In this document: piece after piece, positions 27,581-36,788 of the stretch
How the letters are laid out: every line of letters begins with the position of its first letter
How positions within the stretch are numbered: the first letter of the stretch is position 1
Source: a virus
Lineage: Duplodnaviria > Caudoviricetes
Direction: 5' to 3' (one strand)
Virus record (IMG/VR): IMGVR_UViG_3300023172_003539
Coordinates: 1 to 64,000 of that record
Length of the DNA stretch: 64,000 bases
Program-made: the position numbers and the translations under genes
Notes under the pieces: model-generated
Databases searched by the model: none
What the model was told of the DNA's origin: nothing
What the model saw: the letters and a program-made list of their open reading frames with translations, nothing else

Positions 27581-30241
27581 ATGAGTTATATTGATGCATA
27601 TTACAAGAGAGATCAAGACAAAGTTTTTGTTGTCGAAAGAAACAAAAATGGAGAAAGAAAATTTGTAGAATATGATGCCAGATACGTATTTTATTATCCC
27701 GATAACAAAGGAAAACACAGAAGCATATTTGGTGAACCTTTACAAAAAGTTCAATCCAACACATATAGCAATTTCATAAAAGAACAACGTATAAGATCAA
27801 ATAAAAAACTTTATGAGCAGGATATTAATCCTGTGTTCCGTTGTCTCGAAGAGAATTATCTAGGCAAAGATGCTCCCAATCTAAATGTAGTATTTTTTGA
27901 TATTGAGGTAGACTTTGATCCTGAACGAGGATATTCTACCACGGATGATCCATTTATGCCTATAACAGCAATTACTTGTTATTTGAATTGGACCGATCAA
28001 TTAGTCACTTTTGCTGTACCACCTAAAAAATTGGGTTTTGAAAATGCCAAATTACAAGTAGAACGTTTCAGCAACGTGATGTTGTTTGAAAAAGAAAAAG
28101 ATATGCTTGATGCTTTTTTAACATTGATCGAAGAAGCAGATATATTATCAGGATGGAACTCGGAGGGATACGATATACCCTATACCGTAGGCAGAATACA
28201 AAAAGTGTTAAGTTCCGATGACACAAGGCGTTTATGTTTTTGGGGTGAGAAACCCAGAAAAAGAACCTTTGAAAAATATGGCAGAGAACAGATCAGTTAC
28301 GACTTAATTGGAAGAGTACATTTAGATTTACTTGAACTATATAGAAAATACACTTATGAGGAAAGACATTCGTATAGATTAGATGCCATAGGCGAGCATG
28401 AACTAGGAGAAAGAAAAACTGTGTACGAAGGATCACTAGATGCTCTGTATAATAACGATTTTGGATTGTTCATAGAATATAATAGACAAGACACGGCACT
28501 GCTGGCCAAACTTGAGAAGAAATTGAAGTTCATAGAACTGGCGAATGAGATCGCACACCAAAACACTGTTTTACTTCAAACAACAATGGGTGCAGTGGCG
28601 GTCACAGAACAGGCTATTGTGAATGAAGCACATCGAAGAGGAATGATTGTTCCGGGTAGAGTCAAAAGACAAGAAGGAGAGTCGACCCAGGCCGCAGGAG
28701 CATATGTGGCAACACCTAAAAAAGGATTGCATGATTGGATAGGAAGTTGTGATATAAACAGTCTATATCCTAGCGTGATTCGTGCATTGAACATGGGACC
28801 TGAATCTATTGTGGGACAAATACGTCCAATTATAACATCAGCAGAAATTAACAGAGCAATACATCAGAAGAAATCATTCGCATCGGCATGGGATAATCAA
28901 TTTGGTTCATGGGAGTATCAAGCAGTGATGAAACAAGATCGTGGTGTAGAAATTACAGTGGACTGGGAAGACGACACATCAGTCAAAATGTCCGCGGCAC
29001 AATTATACGAAATAATTTTTAATAGTAATAATCAATGGATGCTGTCTGCCAATGGTACGATTTTTACATACGAGTTTGAAGCCATCATTCCAGGACTATT
29101 GAAACGTTGGTATGCTGAAAGAAAAGAGATGCAACGCAAAATGCACGATGCCGGAGACAACGATATTGAACGAGAATTTTGGGACAAAAGACAACTGGTT
29201 AAAAAAATTAACTTGAACAGTTTGTATGGTGCAATCTTAAATCCAGGTTGCAGGTTCTTTGACATACGTATCGGACAATCTGTGACACTGACAGGCAGAT
29301 GTATCACAAAACACATGGCGGCAAAAACTAATGAAATTATAACGGGCGAGTATGATCACAAAGGAGATTCTATCATATATGGTGATACAGATTCTGTGTA
29401 TTTTTCTGCTTATAAGCCATTACAGAAAGAAATAACAGCAGGACAAATCCCATGGGAAAAAGAAAACGTTATTGCTTTATATGATAAAATATCATCTGAG
29501 GTGAATTCATCTTTTGCTGGATTCATGACCAAAGCATTTCATTGTCCAAAAAGCAGAGGAGAAGTCATAGCGGCAGGACGAGAACTTGTTGCGAGCAAAG
29601 GACTTTTTATCACAAAGAAAAGATATGCAGTTCTATATTTTGATAAAGAAGGACAAAGAACAGATACCGAAGGTAGCATGGGTAAAATGAAGGCAATGGG
29701 TCTTGATCTAAAAAGATCAGACACACCTGTATTTGTACAAGATTTTTTGAGTGAATTGTTGATGATGGTATTAACAAATAAAACCGAAGAAGATGTTCTC
29801 AAAAGAATATCAGAATTTAGGGCTGAATTCAAATCAAGACCCGGTTGGGAGAAGGGTTCTCCAAAAAGAGCCAATAAGATAACAGAATATCTCGGAAAAG
29901 AAAACAAACAAGGTCGTGCCAATATGCCAGGTCATGTTCGTGCCAGCATCAACTGGAATAAATGTAGAGAACTATACGGAGACAAATATTCTATGCCTAT
30001 CACAGATGGTGCAAAAGTAATTGTATGTAAATTAAAAAACAATCCATTAGATTATACTTCCATAGCATATCCAGTGGACGAGTTACGTATTCCAAAATGG
30101 TTCCAAGAATTACCATTTGATTCTGAAGCGATGGAATCTACCATCGTTGATCAAAAAATAGATAATCTAATAGGAGTATTAAATTGGGACGTACAATCGA
30201 CAGAAACAACCAATACGTTTAACAAACTTTTTGAATTTTAG
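27581..30241 (+). CDS. Family B DNA polymerase (T4 gp43-like)
   Basis: Exo FDIEV, GWNSEGYDIPY, YNRQD; pol DINSLYPS, KINLNSLYG, YGDTDS, KKRYA. Confidence 0.98.
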   Translation: MSYIDAYYKRDQDKVFVVERNKNGERKFVEYDARYVFYYPDNKGKHRSIFGEPLQKVQSNTYSNFIKEQRIRSNKKLYEQDINPVFRCLEENYLGKDAPNLNVVFFDIEVDFDPERGYSTTDDPFMPITAITCYLNWTDQLVTFAVPPKKLGFENAKLQVERFSNVMLFEKEKDMLDAFLTLIEEADILSGWNSEGYDIPYTVGRIQKVLSSDDTRRLCFWGEKPRKRTFEKYGREQISYDLIGRVHLDLLELYRKYTYEERHSYRLDAIGEHELGERKTVYEGSLDALYNNDFGLFIEYNRQDTALLAKLEKKLKFIELANEIAHQNTVLLQTTMGAVAVTEQAIVNEAHRRGMIVPGRVKRQEGESTQAAGAYVATPKKGLHDWIGSCDINSLYPSVIRALNMGPESIVGQIRPIITSAEINRAIHQKKSFASAWDNQFGSWEYQAVMKQDRGVEITVDWEDDTSVKMSAAQLYEIIFNSNNQWMLSANGTIFTYEFEAIIPGLLKRWYAERKEMQRKMHDAGDNDIEREFWDKRQLVKKINLNSLYGAILNPGCRFFDIRIGQSVTLTGRCITKHMAAKTNEIITGEYDHKGDSIIYGDTDSVYFSAYKPLQKEITAGQIPWEKENVIALYDKISSEVNSSFAGFMTKAFHCPKSRGEVIAAGRELVASKGLFITKKRYAVLYFDKEGQRTDTEGSMGKMKAMGLDLKRSDTPVFVQDFLSELLMMVLTNKTEEDVLKRISEFRAEFKSRPGWEKGSPKRANKITEYLGKENKQGRANMPGHVRASINWNKCRELYGDKYSMPITDGAKVIVCKLKNNPLDYTSIAYPVDELRIPKWFQELPFDSEAMESTIVDQKIDNLIGVLNWDVQSTETTNTFNKLFEF

Positions 30242-30253
30242 TAAATAACATAT

Positions 30254-31069
30254 ATGTTAAGCATCGAAGAAATTAAATTACTCATAGAAAAACTTAAAAA
30301 AATAAAAGGTACAGATTTCCAAAAAATACTTGATGATAATTTATCAATATTGGAAAACCTGGCTGAATCTGTCGACATCAATAATCAACAGGAAATAAAT
30401 CGACTAGACAAAACCAAAGAATGGTATGCTAAAGATTTAGATTTCACATATGAAAGAAAAGATCAGTTTGATGAAATGTTAACTAAAAAAGTCGAAGATA
30501 AGATCAAGATGTTTGCAAAAACTGGTGCTCAATCTATTCTTTATAATAGTTTAGAAATAGGCCCGGGATATGGAAGATTCAGTAGATTTTTCTTACCATG
30601 GAGATTAAATTATTATCTAGATCTGTTACCGCATTGTCAAGAAAAAATAAAAGCACTTTTTAAACCACAACAACACAAACTGATAAAATTTTATACAACC
30701 AACAGAACCAGTTGTCCAGAAATTGACGACAACGCAGTAAATTTTGTCTTCAGTTGGAACACATTTACTTTTTTTACTCAAGAACATATAAAAGAATATC
30801 TAACAGACATCAATAGAGTATTGTTACCAGGCGGATATGGATTTATACACTATGCAGATTGTCATTACGATTTCGATCTTCATGAAGCAAAACGTGGATA
30901 CTGGAATTATAATACCAAAACATCAATGAAAGAGATCACAGAAAGTTGTGGATATGAAGTAATTGAAATGGATCAATTTCGTCCTGGTGCCAACTATATA
31001 ATTTTCAAAAAACCTGGTAATAAAAATCCAGTATTATATAGTGCTTTAGAATTACCTGTAGAAAAATAA
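30254..31069 (+). CDS. Class I SAM-dependent methyltransferase
   Basis: LEIGPGYGRF, FVFSWNTF, RVLLPGG; TAAATA 6 nt upstream. Confidence 0.85.
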   Translation: MLSIEEIKLLIEKLKKIKGTDFQKILDDNLSILENLAESVDINNQQEINRLDKTKEWYAKDLDFTYERKDQFDEMLTKKVEDKIKMFAKTGAQSILYNSLEIGPGYGRFSRFFLPWRLNYYLDLLPHCQEKIKALFKPQQHKLIKFYTTNRTSCPEIDDNAVNFVFSWNTFTFFTQEHIKEYLTDINRVLLPGGYGFIHYADCHYDFDLHEAKRGYWNYNTKTSMKEITESCGYEVIEMDQFRPGANYIIFKKPGNKNPVLYSALELPVEK

Positions 31070-31078
31070 ATTAAACAT

Positions 31079-31107
31079 TTGACTTTAATCTAAATAATCT
31101 ATATAAT
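31079..31107 (+). promoter_or_regulatory. Sigma70-type promoter (clamp-dpdA operon)
   Basis: TTGACT-N17-TATAAT. Confidence 0.7.
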
Positions 31108-31116
31108 AGTTTTATT

Positions 31117-31854
31117 ATGATAGATATCTTAAAAGACATAGTCAAACACACACACGGTTTAGGCTTTCTAGACCTTGTTAAAATTACAGGCAACGAATCT
31201 GAAACAACAATAGATTCTATGGCTGAAGACAGATCAGTGATCTTGCAAGGATCTTTTCACAAACCACAAGCAGAAATGACGGGTACTTTTGGTATGCCTC
31301 AGTTGAACAAACTGGACATACACTTGAAGTGTCCTGAGTATAAAGACAAAGCAAACATCACTGTAATCACAGGTACTAGAAATGGTGCAGAAACTCCTAC
31401 AGGTATTCATTTTGAAAATGAAAAAGGAGATTTTAAAAACGATTACAGATTTATGAATGCTGAAATTATCAACGAAAAACTTAAAACTGTAAAATTTAAA
31501 GGTGTTAAGTGGAATGTTGAAATTGAGCCTACTGTGGCCAGTGTACAAAGATTTAACTTCCAGGCAACTGCAAATACAGAACACAATACATTTGTTGTGA
31601 GAACCGAAGATGGAAAACTTATTTTCACTTTTGGTGATCAAGCATCACACGGTGGAGAATTTGTATTCGCTGATAATGTATCAGGTAGTCTTAACAAAGG
31701 GTGGAGTTGGCCGGTAGCACAGGTATTACAGATATTGAAATTATCAGATTCGGCAAAAGTTACTTTACACTTCTCTAATGAGGGTGCGATGCAGGTCACT
31801 GTTGACTCTGGACTTGGAAAATATCAATATATCATACCAGCACAGGCACAATAA
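31117..31854 (+). CDS. Putative DNA polymerase sliding clamp (gp45/PCNA-like)
   Basis: 245 aa with alternating beta/alpha pattern ending in YQYIIPA (PCNA-like terminal strand); next to polB; clamp loader is in the window. Confidence 0.7.
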   Translation: MIDILKDIVKHTHGLGFLDLVKITGNESETTIDSMAEDRSVILQGSFHKPQAEMTGTFGMPQLNKLDIHLKCPEYKDKANITVITGTRNGAETPTGIHFENEKGDFKNDYRFMNAEIINEKLKTVKFKGVKWNVEIEPTVASVQRFNFQATANTEHNTFVVRTEDGKLIFTFGDQASHGGEFVFADNVSGSLNKGWSWPVAQVLQILKLSDSAKVTLHFSNEGAMQVTVDSGLGKYQYIIPAQAQ

Positions 31855-33302
31855 TGACTGAACAAAATAACAGGCAGGAACATTTAGGAGAATTGAGTCG
31901 AGACTTCGCAGTGTTCTTGCCTGCTATATCAAATTTTTATAATACCTTTATTAGCAAACAAAGAGTCACAGAAGGTACACATATTCCCAAAGAAAGAATA
32001 CCTGTTGGATTTGAAAATGGTGTGGAAGGACTAAACTTTATAAATCCAGAAAAAGGTATGTTCACTTATCCTACAGCATTATACTCGGCGGGTCATGCTT
32101 GTCTAGACATGGACAAAGTGGGAGATCGAGATCATATGTTTGTAAACAGGGATCGTAAATTCAGCACCATAGTGGGAGATTCGGGTGGATATCAAATTGG
32201 TCGAGGCGTAATACAATTTGATTGGAAAGATTTTGAAGGTAACAAGGCCAACAAAGTTAGAAGTGATATATTAAATTGGTTAGAACTCACATCAGACTGG
32301 GCAATGACTTTGGATGTTCCAACTTGGGCGGCAGATGATTTAAATTCACCTAAAACAGGATTAAAAAGTTTTCGAGATACACTAGACGGAACAATCTATA
32401 ATAACAATTTTTTTCAAAAGAACAGATTGGGTCAAACTAAATTTTTAAATGTACTACAAGGCGACGACTGGGAAACAGCACAAACTTGGTACGATGCCGT
32501 AAAAGATTTTGAATTCGAAGGATGGGCAATGGGCGGTATCAATATGTGTGATATGGAAGTCATGTTGAAGCGTTTGATCATAATGAGAGATGAGAAAAAA
32601 CTGGACGGTAAAGACTGGATGCACGTACTGGGTACATCGCAACTGGATTGGGCTTGTTATCTAACACAAATACAAAGACAAGTTAGAAAATATATTAATC
32701 CTAATTTTACAATAAGTTTTGATTCAGCATCCGCTTTCTTATCAACAGCGAATGGATTAGTTTACACTCATAATGTGTTCACACCATCTAGATGGTCATT
32801 TATAATGGACAAGGCACCGGATGATAAAAGATTAAAGAATTCAAAAATACCTTTTCCTTTCCAAAGTGCTATTGGTAATAGACTTACCATGGGAGATGTC
32901 TGTTGGTACGGAGAGGGAGATCTAAATAAAAACAACAAAGAAGGTAAAACTTCGTGGGACTCTTTTTCATATGTATTAATGATGGCTCACAATGTGTATA
33001 ATCAAATTAGAGCAGTACAGGTTGCCAACGACATGAACGATATAGAAAGTGTCGTGCATAGACCAGAAGTAAAACACTGGCGTAAAACCAAAGCATCAGA
33101 TACCACAGACGAGCATAGTGTTTATGTTCCTAGAAATATATTATATTTCAATACATTTGTTGAAGAAGTATTCACCAGCGAAAAACCAATGGAATTAATA
33201 GAAAATGCGAGAAGTTATCTTGCAGATATAAGAGGAACAAGATGGGCAAGAGCCACAGGTGGTGGTAAAGGTAAAAACAATTTTAGTTCATTATTTGAAT
33301 AG
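31854..33302 (+). CDS. dpdA: TGT-fold transglycosylase, DpdA-like (7-deazaguanine insertion into DNA)
   Basis: DSGGYQ, LDVP, NVLQG, GWAMGG, HVLG, SFDSAS; near folE/queE/yhhQ and coupled to the clamp gene. Confidence 0.75.
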   Translation: MTEQNNRQEHLGELSRDFAVFLPAISNFYNTFISKQRVTEGTHIPKERIPVGFENGVEGLNFINPEKGMFTYPTALYSAGHACLDMDKVGDRDHMFVNRDRKFSTIVGDSGGYQIGRGVIQFDWKDFEGNKANKVRSDILNWLELTSDWAMTLDVPTWAADDLNSPKTGLKSFRDTLDGTIYNNNFFQKNRLGQTKFLNVLQGDDWETAQTWYDAVKDFEFEGWAMGGINMCDMEVMLKRLIIMRDEKKLDGKDWMHVLGTSQLDWACYLTQIQRQVRKYINPNFTISFDSASAFLSTANGLVYTHNVFTPSRWSFIMDKAPDDKRLKNSKIPFPFQSAIGNRLTMGDVCWYGEGDLNKNNKEGKTSWDSFSYVLMMAHNVYNQIRAVQVANDMNDIESVVHRPEVKHWRKTKASDTTDEHSVYVPRNILYFNTFVEEVFTSEKPMELIENARSYLADIRGTRWARATGGGKGKNNFSSLFE

Positions 33303-33310
33303 GAGGAAAC

Positions 33311-33505
33311 ATGGCAAAAAAAAGTAAAAAAATAAAAAAACTTCAAGATCATCATTCTTATCTAGATCGAAAGGTAAAAGAACTTACCGAAGAAAGAAAA
33401 AAAGATCGTAGTGATGAAAGCAAAACATTATTAATAAGATTAAAAAAAACCAAACTTGCTTTAAAAGATGCCATCACGAGAGCCTCAAAAGCATTGACAA
33501 ATTAG
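33311..33505 (+). CDS. DUF465/YdcH-like coiled-coil protein
   Basis: LQDHHSYLDRKV...LKKTKLALKDAI; AGGAGG SD. Confidence 0.7.
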   Translation: MAKKSKKIKKLQDHHSYLDRKVKELTEERKKDRSDESKTLLIRLKKTKLALKDAITRASKALTN

Positions 33506-33522
33506 TCATACAGTAATATAAT
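33494..33522 (+). promoter_or_regulatory. Sigma70-type promoter
   Basis: Perfect TTGACA-N17-TATAAT; ATG 6 nt downstream. Confidence 0.8.
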
Positions 33523-33528
33523 ATAAAG

Positions 33529-34080
33529 ATGCAAAGAGATTATAAAAATGGACAAAGTGAGAGTGTAGGTATTTTTTCAGGTATCGAAATAGAACACACA
33601 CAGGCCTATGGTTTACAAACATTATTTTTAGCACGTAATGATCTTTCATACGACGAGATCAAGACATACGCAGAAAAAGTAAATGCCAAAGCAATTTACT
33701 ATGGAGCAAATAGAACATATATGCACAATCATGGAATGCAACTAGCACAGATGAAACGATTAATCGATGACGGTTATTTTGTGACAGTTGATTATCCTCA
33801 TGATATCCACAAAGAAGTAAAAGAAAAATTTAAGATATTGTGGAACAACGAAAAGTTTATTCCTTTTTGTTCAATAATATTTCCAAATTCCGAAGATGAT
33901 GATCAACTTTGCATCAAAGTCGATGACGTTGACTTTAATAAGACCAATCCTGGAGTCTGGAGCATGAGCATGAATCATTTTAAACAGACCGCAGGATTTA
34001 CGTCATGGAACGAATACAAACAAGATGAACCAATAGAGGAGAACAAATGGATACTGAGCACCAACATGATCAAGCACTAA
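33529..34080 (+). CDS. Hypothetical protein in the deazaguanine cluster
   Basis: 183-aa ORF between dpdA-like and dpdL-like genes. Confidence 0.75.
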   Translation: MQRDYKNGQSESVGIFSGIEIEHTQAYGLQTLFLARNDLSYDEIKTYAEKVNAKAIYYGANRTYMHNHGMQLAQMKRLIDDGYFVTVDYPHDIHKEVKEKFKILWNNEKFIPFCSIIFPNSEDDDQLCIKVDDVDFNKTNPGVWSMSMNHFKQTAGFTSWNEYKQDEPIEENKWILSTNMIKH

Positions 34081-34469
34081 AAGAACAGGCCAACAAGGCT
34101 AGTAAAATGATATGGGTAACCTTTCAAAAAGAAGGTATGCACAAATACCCAGCGGCACTTACTGATCCCAAATTAGCAACAGGTGACGAATATGATGTCA
34201 GTTTTCTAGGACATCCACATAGACACATATTTCATTTCAAAGTAGCCATAGAGGTGTTCCATGATGACAGGGATATAGAATTCATACAGTTCAAGAGATG
34301 GTTGTTGAATCTGTACAAGGAAGGCACATTACAGAACGACTTTAAGAGTTGTGAGATGATGAGCGATGATTTATATGTAGAAATAGCAAAGAAATATCCA
34401 GGAAGACGTATCGAAATAGACGTGTCAGAAGATGGAGAGAATGGATCACACGCAGTCTATGACAAGTAA
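34047..34469 (+). CDS. QueD-like T-fold protein with LxxxHRHxF motif (DpdL-like CDG decarboxylase)
   Basis: EGMH...FLGHPHRHIFHF...DRDIEFI..K...SCE...VSEDGENG; lacks the QueD CxxxHGH. Confidence 0.7.
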   Translation: MDTEHQHDQALKEQANKASKMIWVTFQKEGMHKYPAALTDPKLATGDEYDVSFLGHPHRHIFHFKVAIEVFHDDRDIEFIQFKRWLLNLYKEGTLQNDFKSCEMMSDDLYVEIAKKYPGRRIEIDVSEDGENGSHAVYDK

Positions 34470-35400
34470 GCACACAAAAGTTTTGATTATAGGTTCTGGT
34501 CCTGCAGGATACACTGCGGCAATATATGCCTCTAGAGCAATGTTAAAACCAATTTTAGTACAAGGCACTCAACCCGGTGGACAATTGACTATAACCACAG
34601 ATGTTGAAAACTATCCGGGTTTCGGAGACGTTATACAAGGACCATGGTTAATGGAACAAATGGAAAAACAAGCACGTGCAGTTGGAACAGATATTATTTT
34701 CGATATGATCAATAAGGTAGATTTCAGTAAAAAACCTTTCGAAGCAGTGGGAGATAGTGGAACAATTTATACGGCAGATTCTGTGATCATATCAACAGGT
34801 GCTCAAGCGAGATGGTTGGGTTTAGAAAAAGAAAAAAAATTTTCGGGTTTTGGTGTAAGTGCCTGTGCCACGTGTGATGGATTCTTTTTCAAGGATAAAG
34901 AAGTTGCTGTTGTTGGTGGAGGAAATAGTGCAGTTGAAGAAGCATTGTACCTATCACACATAGCCAGCAAGGTGCATCTGATACATCGAAGAGATAGCCT
35001 AAGAGCAGAAAAAATAGCACAAGATAGATTGTTTGCAAATGAAAAAATTAATGTGGTATGGAACTCTAGAGTTAAGGACATCATAGGAACGGATGATCCT
35101 ATAAATGTCACGGGAATAAAACTCGAGAACACAAAAGATGGCACAGAGTCCACAATGAACATCGACGGTTTATTTGTGGCCATAGGACATGATCCAGCAA
35201 CAAAACTTTTTAAAGAACAAATTAACATGGATGATGAGGGTTATATCATAACCAAACCCGATTCAACTGCTACTAACATACCGGGAATTTATGCGGCGGG
35301 CGATGTCAAGGACAAAACATACAGACAGGCAGTCACAGCGGCGGGCATGGGTTGTATGGCGGCCTTGGAAGCAGAAAAATTTGTGGCAGGAAATTCATGA
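34459..35400 (+). CDS. trxB: Thioredoxin-disulfide reductase
   Basis: GSGPAG, GGQL...VENYPG, CATCDG, GGGNSA, AGDV...QAVTAAGMG. Confidence 0.96.
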   Translation: MTSKHTKVLIIGSGPAGYTAAIYASRAMLKPILVQGTQPGGQLTITTDVENYPGFGDVIQGPWLMEQMEKQARAVGTDIIFDMINKVDFSKKPFEAVGDSGTIYTADSVIISTGAQARWLGLEKEKKFSGFGVSACATCDGFFFKDKEVAVVGGGNSAVEEALYLSHIASKVHLIHRRDSLRAEKIAQDRLFANEKINVVWNSRVKDIIGTDDPINVTGIKLENTKDGTESTMNIDGLFVAIGHDPATKLFKEQINMDDEGYIITKPDSTATNIPGIYAAGDVKDKTYRQAVTAAGMGCMAALEAEKFVAGNS

Positions 35401-35717
35401 AAGAAATCAGCATAAAAGAAAAGAGAGTAACAACAAGACAAGAAAATCTACCCATAGAGGGTGGTGGCTTGAATGCTTCATACACGACAGTGGACGCAGT
35501 GGCCAATATATGTACCACCGCTGGAAACCTAGGCATGAAGTATGGCAAAGACTTCATCTGGTCACATACCGATTACGATGACGACATGGACGAGTGTATC
35601 ACTCTGTTGGTAAAGGAAGACAAATACGAGTCATTCCTGCACCTGGCCCTACAGAATGAACACAGAATCAAACACACATTTACGGGTCAAATAAAACTTA
35701 CAAAGGAGAGAAAATAA
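35397..35717 (+). CDS. Hypothetical protein
   Basis: ATGA overlap with trxB stop; start MKEISIKE. Confidence 0.65.
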   Translation: MKEISIKEKRVTTRQENLPIEGGGLNASYTTVDAVANICTTAGNLGMKYGKDFIWSHTDYDDDMDECITLLVKEDKYESFLHLALQNEHRIKHTFTGQIKLTKERK

Positions 35718-35718
35718 A

Positions 35719-36264
35719 ATGAAAGGTTTAAAAATACCTAAAGTAACATTCAGAGTCAGAGAAGGTGATTCTGTTTTAGAAGAAGGCTGTTCGTTTGACG
35801 AAGGAAAATGGATAGACAAAACAACTGATGACTATTTCAAAGGAAAAAGAGTGGTATTGTTCAGTTTACCTGGTGCATTTACACCCACTTGTACATCAAC
35901 ACAACTTCCGGGATTCGAAGAGAACTATGATAAAATCAAAGGTTTAGGAATCGATGAAGTGTATTGCTGTTCAGTCAATGATACATTTGTAATGAATGCA
36001 TGGGCAGAAGTGCTTAAAATTAAAAATGTAAAAGTTATTCCAGATGGATCTGGTAACTTTACAAGATTTATGGGTATGCTTATTGGTAAAAATCATTTAG
36101 GTTTTGGAAGCAGAAGTTGGAGATACATGGCAGTAATCAATGATGGCACAGTTGAGGCATGGTGGCAAGAACCAGGAATCAACAACGACGGTTCGGATAA
36201 TGATCCATATGTTGAGTCCACACCTGAAAATATGTTAAAGTATCTAGAACAAAACAATGGCTAA
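35719..36264 (+). CDS. Peroxiredoxin (Prx5/redoxin family)
   Basis: LPGAFTPTC, SVNDTFVMNAW, PDGSG, RSWRY. Confidence 0.93.
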   Translation: MKGLKIPKVTFRVREGDSVLEEGCSFDEGKWIDKTTDDYFKGKRVVLFSLPGAFTPTCTSTQLPGFEENYDKIKGLGIDEVYCCSVNDTFVMNAWAEVLKIKNVKVIPDGSGNFTRFMGMLIGKNHLGFGSRSWRYMAVINDGTVEAWWQEPGINNDGSDNDPYVESTPENMLKYLEQNNG

Positions 36265-36445
36265 TTGGGACGGTAAATCTAGACCAACTAATGAATCATA
36301 CCGCAAGAATTACGATGACATTTTTAAAAAGAAATCTTGTCCTTGCGGTAGATCACCAACTGGTAAATGTATCGGCTGGCACGGATTGACAGAAAGCGAG
36401 TATCAAGTTAAACTACAAGAGTGGAATAATAAAAATGAATATTAG
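36257..36445 (+). CDS. Small protein with CDGSH-like Fe-S/Zn motif
   Basis: CPCGRSPTGKCIGWH. Confidence 0.65.
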   Translation: MANWDGKSRPTNESYRKNYDDIFKKKSCPCGRSPTGKCIGWHGLTESEYQVKLQEWNNKNEY

Positions 36446-36788
36446 ATTAATGTTTGAGCCTGAACCAAAAGTAAAATGCAACGTGGATGCTATGTTCCGA
36501 TGTTATGCTGAAAATTATCTAAGTGATTATCCAGAATTCCAATGGGGTGGTTACATTGTGATGAATGTGTTTGAAATGAAATACAACGATAATGCGGCGG
36601 GAGAACCTTTGTATCAATTTGTTGCTTCTAATGTTGATGATAAATTGTTGCAAAATATTCAAGATTATGTGAATCAAAATCCAATGCACGGTTATTACAC
36701 ACACATACACTATTCTAAGAATGGTGAAAACGAGCAATCAGTGATGCCACTAGAAGGCACACCTTATATTAGAGGAGAAGGCATATAA
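36435..36788 (+). CDS. Hypothetical protein
   Basis: 117-aa ORF with overlapping starts/stops. Confidence 0.6.
   Translation: MNIRLMFEPEPKVKCNVDAMFRCYAENYLSDYPEFQWGGYIVMNVFEMKYNDNAAGEPLYQFVASNVDDKLLQNIQDYVNQNPMHGYYTHIHYSKNGENEQSVMPLEGTPYIRGEGI

Noticed and set aside
34047-34469. Calling this gene canonical queD
   Set aside because: It lacks the catalytic CxxxHGH and has LxxxHRHxF instead
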